A stretch of DNA of 11,193 nucleotides from a virus. The position numbers and the translations under genes are program-made. Each line of letters begins with the position of its first letter. Position 1 is the first letter of the stretch. This document shows positions 5,515-11,193 of this stretch, piece after piece. Location: UHGV virus genome UHGV-1649846; one strand, written 5' to 3'. The notes below the pieces were generated by a model that worked only from the letters and a program-made list of their open reading frames with translations, made no database searches and was not told the origin of the DNA.

Positions 5515-6972
5515 ATGAATACATCTCATGTAAGAGTTGTTACTCATATGTGTGGGTTCCTAGTTTGGCTCTATAGTCTTTCAATGTTGCCACCAATGGT
5601 TGTAGCATTGTTTTATAAAGAAAAAAGCCTGTTCGTTTTCTTTATAACTTTCGTTATATTTTTTTGCATTGGTGGCGGAGCGTGGTATACAACTAAGAAA
5701 TCTGGCATTCAATTACGTACCCGTGATGGGTTTATTATAATTGTAATGTTTTGGATTTTGTTTTCTGTTATTAGTGCATTCCCTTTATGGATTGACTCAG
5801 AACTTAATTTAACGTTCATTGATGCTCTGTTTGAAGGGGTTTCTGGAATAACAACAACAGGAGCAACTGTAATTGATGATGTTAGTTCATTACCTCGGGC
5901 ATATTTGTACTATCGGTCACAGTTAAATTTTATAGGTGGTTTAGGAGTTATTGTTCTAGCGGTTGCTGTATTGCCATTATTGGGTATTGGTGGTGCAAAG
6001 CTTTATCAGTCAGAAATGCCGGGGCCATTTAAGGATGACAAACTCACTCCCCGCCTGGCCGATACGTCACGGACACTGTGGATAACTTATTCTTTATTAG
6101 GTATTGCTTGTATTGTCTGTTATAGACTTGCAGGAATGCCTTTGTTTGATGCTATTTGTCACGGGATTTCCACAGTTTCGCTTGGTGGTTTCTCAACTCA
6201 TAGCGAGAGTATCGGATATTTTAATAACTATTTGGTTGAGCTGGTGGCTGGTTCTTTTTCCCTGCTATCGGCTTTCAACTTCACTCTTTGGTATATTGTT
6301 ATTAGCAGGAAAACGATAAAACCTTTAATCAGAGATATTGAACTTCGTTTCTTTCTGTTAATAGCCTTAGGGGTGATCATTGTTACCTCTTTCCAGGTCT
6401 GGCATATAGGTATGTATGACTTGCATGGAAGTTTTATTCATTCGTTTTTTCTTGCCAGCTCCATGCTCACTGATAATGGTTTAGCTACGCAGGATTATGC
6501 AAGTTGGCCCACGCACACGATAGTGTTTTTGCTGTTGTCAAGTTTCTTTGGGGGATGTATAGGTTCAACTTGTGGTGGAATTAAGTCACTTCGATTTCTT
6601 ATACTTTTCAAACAAAGCAAACACGAGATAAATCAGCTTTCTCATCCCAGAGCGTTGTTGAGTGTAAATGTAGGAGGGAAGATAGTTACAGATCGTGTAA
6701 TGAGGTCTGTATGGAGTTTCTTTTTTCTTTATACTCTCTTCACGGTGTTTTTTATACTGGTGTTAAATGGTATGGGATATGATTTTCTTACATCATTTGC
6801 AACAGTGGCTGCATGTATTAATAATATGGGATTAGGTTTTGGGGCTACTGCATCGTCATTCGGAGTGCTTAATGACATTGCAAAATGCTTAATGTGCATA
6901 GCTATGATTCTTGGTCGCCTTGAAATTTATCCTGTTATTATATTGTTTTCAGGTTTTTTTTGGCGCTCCTAA
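5515..6972 (+). CDS. trkG: Trk-system K+ uptake membrane protein TrkG
   Basis: Polytopic membrane ORF. From the ATG at 5515 the product (MNTSHVRVVTHMCGFLVWLYSL..., 485 aa) matches the Rac-prophage TrkG of E. coli K-12 as recalled. The track ORF starts earlier at TTG 5497, which has a better SD (AAGGTGG, 6-nt spacing), so the true start is uncertain. The gene is visibly more AT-rich than its flanks. Confidence 0.95.
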   Translation: MNTSHVRVVTHMCGFLVWLYSLSMLPPMVVALFYKEKSLFVFFITFVIFFCIGGGAWYTTKKSGIQLRTRDGFIIIVMFWILFSVISAFPLWIDSELNLTFIDALFEGVSGITTTGATVIDDVSSLPRAYLYYRSQLNFIGGLGVIVLAVAVLPLLGIGGAKLYQSEMPGPFKDDKLTPRLADTSRTLWITYSLLGIACIVCYRLAGMPLFDAICHGISTVSLGGFSTHSESIGYFNNYLVELVAGSFSLLSAFNFTLWYIVISRKTIKPLIRDIELRFFLLIALGVIIVTSFQVWHIGMYDLHGSFIHSFFLASSMLTDNGLATQDYASWPTHTIVFLLLSSFFGGCIGSTCGGIKSLRFLILFKQSKHEINQLSHPRALLSVNVGGKIVTDRVMRSVWSFFFLYTLFTVFFILVLNGMGYDFLTSFATVAACINNMGLGFGATASSFGVLNDIAKCLMCIAMILGRLEIYPVIILFSGFFWRS

Positions 6973-7058
6973 TATATGGCTGATTTATAATTGTGAGTTT
7001 AATATTATGTTGACTCACTCATTGATCCAATACCTAACTTTACCAGCAACACCTCCGT

Positions 7059-7093
7059 CCCCAGTAGCACTGGCTGCTGGGGTGCGTTTTATT
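7059..7093 (+). terminator. rho-independent terminator after trkG
   Basis: ccccagtagc (7059-7068) / actg / gctgctgggg (7073-7082): a 10-bp stem with one G-U pair, followed by tgcgttttatt. Confidence 0.7.
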
Positions 7094-7109
7094 CATAAAG
7101 CAAGGCTGT

Positions 7110-7838
7110 ATGAGCGAGAAATTAAAGATAGTCTATCGCCCATTACAAGAATTGTCACCGTATGCGCACAACGCCAGGACGCACAGTACTGAGCAGGTGG
7201 CACAACTGGTAGAAAGTATTAAGCAATTCGGCTGGACTAATCCGGTGCTGATTGACGAAAAGGGCGAAATTATTGCGGGTCACGGTCGTGTTATGGCGGC
7301 TGAAATGCTCAAAATGGATTCTGTTCCGGTCATTGTTCTGTCTGGCCTGACGGATGAGCAGAAAAAGGCGTACCGCCTGGCAGATAATCGCCTGCCGATG
7401 AATGCTGGCTGGGATGAAGATCTGTTGCGGATGGAGCTGTCGGACCTAATCAATGCTGATTTTGATGTCTCCCTGACAGGCTTCATCCCGACAGAAATTG
7501 ATGAACTGTTGACGGATGTTTTGCCCGGTACCGGACGTTGCGTCGTGCTGGCTATACCGGGAAAATTTTTATCGTTGTTGATGATGAAGATAAGACACGG
7601 CATCAGTACATGGCTGAATTTGGTGAACAGGTGCTGGTGTTTTCCAAAGCCGATATCGCCAGTCGTTTTGACGAAGCCGATAATTTCTGTGACCGCCGCT
7701 CAATTTTTTACGCCCGTAATGCCTGTTTCGACCTGGCAAAACTGGTCGGGTGTAAATACTTCATTCAGCTCGATGATGATTATCACGAGTTCCAGTTTCG
7801 GGTGGATCGCAACTATGACCAGGCCTATTTTCCGATAA
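7110..7838 (+). pseudogene. ynaK: ParB-like nuclease-domain protein (YnaK-like), 3'-truncated and fused out of frame to downstream DNA
   Basis: The first ~134 aa (MSEKLKIVYRPLQELSPYAHNARTH...IIAGHGRVMAA...LADNRL...EIDELL) look like a ParB/Srx-type N-terminal domain and match K-12 YnaK as recalled. After about nt 7512 the reading frame yields non-protein-like sequence that overlaps the better frame of the next fragment. Confidence 0.7.
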
Positions 7839-8185
7839 GGAAACTGGATGCGATCCTTTCTGAAATGCTGGCGTACTACGAATCAATACCTGCTCTTTCC
7901 ATCGCTATGTCGCAGGGCGGGGATTTTCTTGGTGACAATGGCGGCCATGCTTCGTGGGTGAAACGCAAGGCAATGAACAGCTTTATCTGTTCGGTTGATC
8001 GACCGTTCTCATTCATGGGGCGCATTAACGAGGATGTGAATACGTACACGAATCTCGGTCGCTGTGGTGAATTGTTTATGACGATCGGTGCTGTCCAGTT
8101 AGGGCAGAAACAGACGCAGAAAAACAGCGGCGGAATGACCGAGCTGTATCTGGATTCCGGAATCAGCGAAGGAACTGGGTATTGA
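7505..8185 (+). pseudogene. glycosyltransferase-like (GT-A style, DxD) gene fragment lacking its 5' and 3' ends
   Basis: The frame opens at 7505 just after two stops and has no credible start (the track uses TTG 7538, which has no SD). It contains IFIVVDDED, FIQLDDDY (DxD-like) and RINEDVNTY motifs typical of nucleotide-sugar transferases. Protein-like sequence ends at ...TELYLDSG (~8160), then 7 junk codons and a stop. The family assignment is tentative. Confidence 0.5.
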
Positions 8186-8435
8186 TGTTCGCGATATTTC
8201 CCCGGCTGAGCGGGCCAGCATGGATGGCGTGGTGGCCGGAGATACAACCTACAGGGAATGGTTTTTGCGTCAGCCTTACACCAGACAAAAACAGATTGTG
8301 GGGGAAACCCGAGCAAAGCTGATTCGGGATGGTGGTATGTCGCCAGATGAATTTTACACCGATAAAGGCGAATGGCTGACGCTGAAGCAGCTCCGTGAGC
8401 GTGATGCACAGGTATTCAGAAAAGCAGGGATTTAA
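8139..8435 (+). pseudogene. C-terminal remnant of a phage minor head / head-morphogenesis protein (Mu F / SPP1 gp7-like)
   Basis: The frame is open only from 8139. The sequence from ~8160 (ESAKELGIDVRDISPAERASMDGVVAGDTTYREWFLRQPYTRQKQIVGETRAKLIRDGGMSPDEFYTDKGEWLTLKQLRERD...) resembles the conserved C-terminal end of this family as I recall it. There is no N-terminal ~300 aa and no RBS. Confidence 0.5.
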
Positions 8436-8454
8436 ATAAATCATTTATTACAAC

Positions 8455-8480
8455 AGGCTACCTTCGGGTGGCCTTTTTTA
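8455..8480 (+). terminator. rho-independent terminator with UUCG tetraloop
   Basis: aggctacc (8455-8462) / ttcg / ggtggcct (8467-8474), with one G-U pair, followed by a T6 run. Confidence 0.75.
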
Positions 8481-8539
8481 TTGCTGCGATCCGGATGGTG
8501 AGCAGCGTAACTGTCGGAAGAATTAAACCAGGTACTAAT

Positions 8540-9304
8540 ATGAAACTGAAAACGGTCGAGATTAACGGAAAACAATACGCAGAAATTGATACTGCTGGCC
8601 TGCCAGTTTATGTGCACGACGATGGTAAAGAAATTGGCTTCGATGCACCGCTGGCGACAAAAAAAATTACAGAGCTTAATGGCGAGGCAAAAAATCATCG
8701 CCTGGCTAAAGAAGCTGCAGAGGAAAAACTGGCTAAGTTTGCCGCTATCGAAGACCCGAAGAAGGCGATCGAGGCACTGGAAATGCTGTCAAAAATCGAC
8801 CAGAAAAAGCTGCTCGATACGGGACAGGTTGACCAGGTTAAGGCAGAAATTACGAAAAATTTTCAGCAGCAATTAGATGAAGAAAAGCAACGCTCTCAGA
8901 TGCTGGAGAAGCAGCTTTACGATTCTATGATTGGCGGTAGTTTTGCGGGTTCAAAATATATTGCCGATAAAATTGCGATCCCGGCAGATTTATTACAAGC
9001 CCGCTTCGGGCAGGCATTCAAAGTGGAAGAAGGGAGGATCGTTGCTTATGACGCTTCCGGCAACAAAATTTATTCCCGCGCGAAGCCTGGCGAACTGGCG
9101 CAGTTTGATGAGGCGCTGGAGTTCCTTGTCGAAAATTACCCTCAGAAAGACTACATCCTGAAAGCCAGTGGCAACAATGGCGGCGGCTCCCGTCCGACAC
9201 AGCATGATATTGGTCAGAAAACGATGAAACGCTCTGCTTTTGATGCACTGGATGTTGCAGGTAAGCAAAACGCATTGAAAGACGGTATCACAATCGTTGA
9301 TTAA
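8540..9304 (+). CDS. phage head scaffolding-like protein (coiled-coil, Lys/Glu/Gln-rich)
   Basis: The ATG at 8540 follows AGGT with 6-nt spacing. The track ORF start at 8468 lies inside the terminator and is rejected. The product MKLKTVEINGKQYAEIDTAGLPVYVHDDGKEIGFDAP... has a long charged helical middle and sits directly after a minor-head-protein remnant, the usual scaffold position. Confidence 0.75.
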   Translation: MKLKTVEINGKQYAEIDTAGLPVYVHDDGKEIGFDAPLATKKITELNGEAKNHRLAKEAAEEKLAKFAAIEDPKKAIEALEMLSKIDQKKLLDTGQVDQVKAEITKNFQQQLDEEKQRSQMLEKQLYDSMIGGSFAGSKYIADKIAIPADLLQARFGQAFKVEEGRIVAYDASGNKIYSRAKPGELAQFDEALEFLVENYPQKDYILKASGNNGGGSRPTQHDIGQKTMKRSAFDALDVAGKQNALKDGITIVD

Positions 9305-9350
9305 CACATTTGTCAGCTTCCGGATGGGAGCTGGTGTCAGGGCTGGATAG

Positions 9351-11193
9351 CTCATTACTCCATCTAAGGGACGCTTCCTGAACAACATTAACGCGGTCAG
9401 TAAAACAGACTTTGCTGATAAGCGTGGTATGCGTTATGTGCGGGTTAACGCTCCTGCAGGTGCAACATCTGGAAAATATTACCCTGTTGTTGTTATGCGT
9501 TCTGCTGGCTCAGTAAGCGAACTGGCATCAAGGGTCATTATCACCACGGCAACGCGAACCGCAGGCGATCCGATGAATAACTGCGAGTTTAACGGATTTG
9601 TTATGCCTGGTGGCTGGACTGACAGGGGGCGTTATGCTTATGGAATGTTCTGGCAATATCAAAACAATGAACGAGCCATCCACTCAATAATGATGAGTAA
9701 TAAGGGCGATGATTTGCGCTCTGTGTTCTATGTTGATGGCGCTGCTTTCCCTGTTTTTGCGTTTATCGAAGATGGCCTGTCAATATCCGCACCTGGTGCT
9801 GATCTCGTTGTTAATGATACGACCTATAAGTTTGGGGCAACAAATCCGGCGACTGAATGTATCGCGGCGGACGTTATCCTTGATTTTAAGAGTGGGCGTG
9901 GTTTTTATGAGTCTCATTCGTTAATCGTTAACGATAACTTGTCGTGCAAAAAACTTTTTGCCACAGACGAAATTGTAGCGCGTGGTGGTAATCAGATTCG
10001 AATGATAGGTGGGGAGTATGGGGCATTATGGCGTAATGATGGCGCTAAAACTTACCTGCTGCTTACCAATCAAGGTGATGTTTATGGTGGCTGGAATACA
10101 TTAAGACCGTTTGCTATTGATAACGCAACCGGCGAACTGGTTATTGGAACCAAACTGTCCGCAAGTCTGAACGGTAATGCATTAACAGCAACAAAGCTGC
10201 AAACGCCAAGACTGGTTTCTGGTGTTGAGTTTGATGGTTCCAAAGATATTACTTTAACCGCCGCGCATGTGGCTGCTTTTGCCAGAAGGGCAACGGATAC
10301 ATATGCCGATGCGGATGGTGGCGTTCCCTGGAATGCCGAATCAGGCGCTTACAATGTCACCCGCTCTGGCGACAGCTATATTCTGGTTAACTTCTATACC
10401 GGAGTCGGAAGTTGCCGGACCCTGCAGATGAAGGCGCATTACAGAAATGGTGGTCTGTTCTACCGTTCTTCAAGAGATGGCTATGGTTTTGAGGAAGACT
10501 GGGCAGAAGTTTATACCTCGAAAAATCTTCCACCAGAAAGCTACCCAGTCGGCGCACCAATCCCGTGGCCATCAGATACCGTTCCGTCTGGTTATGCCCT
10601 GATGCAGGGGCAGACTTTTGACAAATCTGCCTACCCGAAACTTGCTGCCGCTTATCCGTCAGGCGTGATCCCTGATTTGCGTGGCTGGACGATTAAGGGC
10701 AAGCCCGCCAGTGGTCGTGCCGTATTGTCTCAGGAACAGGATGGCATTAAATCGCATACCCACAGCGCCAGCGCATCCAGTACGGATTTGGGGACGAAAA
10801 CCACATCGTCGTTTGATTACGGCACTAAATCCACGAATAACACTGGTGCGCATACCCATAGTTTAAGTGGCAGCACGAATGCAGCTGGTAATCACAGCCA
10901 TAGAGATGGCCGTCGATTTAACCCCAGTGTTTTTAAAGATACTTATCAATATGGTTATACAAGCTCAGGTCAAAATACCTGGGGTGTACAAGGCTCAGTA
11001 GGTATGTCTACGGGGTGGTTAGCGAATACCAGTACAGATGGTAATCATAGCCATTCACTGTCCGGCACAGCAGCATCTGCAGGTGCACACGCGCATACTG
11101 TCGGTATTGGTGCTCATACGCACTCCGTTGCGATTGGTTCACATGGACACACCATCACCGTTAACGCTGCTGGTAACGCGGAAAACACCGTCA
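9351..11193 (+). pseudogene. stfR: side tail fibre protein, StfR-type, 5'-truncated; 3' end beyond the window
   Basis: This frame (codon starts divisible by 3) is open from the stop at 9348-9350 to the window end, so it is absent from the ORF track. The translation (...[38 protein letters not shown]...[19 protein letters not shown]...[19 protein letters not shown]) matches the central and C-terminal part of K-12 StfR as recalled. There is no upstream start with an RBS; the first in-frame ATG is at 9429. Confidence 0.85.

Noticed and set aside
6104-7192. ORFs 6104-6319(+) and 6911-7192(+).
   Set aside because: The first is an alternative frame within trkG. The second spans the trkG 3' end, its terminator and the ynaK-like start, which is not plausible as a gene.
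7280-8444. Long antisense ORFs 7280-7603(-), 7876-8409(-, 177 aa) and 8163-8444(-).
   Set aside because: They have Arg/Pro/Ser/His-rich nonsense-like composition, no RBS, and lie opposite recognisable sense-strand domain remnants.
8468-9388. Scaffold ORF start at 8468, plus internal or antisense ORFs 8586-8876(+), 8931-9161(+), 8993-9388(-) and 9018-9275(-).
   Set aside because: The start at 8468 lies within the terminator hairpin, and the ATG at 8540 with AGGT is preferred. The others are shadow frames of the Lys/Glu-rich scaffold gene.
9709-10866. ORFs 9709-9924(+), 10387-10572(-), 10659-10859(-) and 10681-10866(+).
   Set aside because: All lie inside the long open tail-fibre frame, which the track omits because it has no stop in the window. 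They are shadow ORFs.
1-11193. CRISPR arrays, IS elements or transposases, integrase or att sites, and toxin genes such as stx.
   Set aside because: I noticed no repeat-spacer periodicity, no terminal inverted repeats at the deletion junctions, and no ORF resembling a transposase, integrase or Stx subunits.

Overview
This window reads as the late-operon part of a Rac-like lambdoid cryptic prophage of E. coli type. All homology calls come from my recollection of protein families; no searches were run. Left to right on the + strand: (1) a translationally coupled nin-type trio of DUF1367 protein, YbcO-like DUF1364 protein and a Q-like antiterminator, followed by a tR'-like terminator; (2) an AT-rich spacer containing a GC-rich, highly structured island; (3) a self-contained moron (promoter, two genes, terminator) encoding two diverged lipoproteins whose C-termini resemble TolA domain III; (4) an intact phage-21-type lysis cassette of dual-start pinholin, SAR endolysin and Rz with embedded Rz1; (5) the AT-rich K+ transporter gene trkG with its own terminator; (6) a decayed stretch where a ParB-like gene (ynaK-like), a glycosyltransferase-like gene and the 3' end of a minor head protein gene are fused out of frame by deletions; (7) an apparently intact scaffold-like gene; (8) a 5'-truncated stfR-type side tail fibre gene that runs off the right edge. 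I saw no rRNA, canonical tRNA, CRISPR array or IS element. The most interesting item is the TolA-domain-III mimic lipoprotein pair, which sits in the slot between Q and the lysis genes where Stx phages carry stx.
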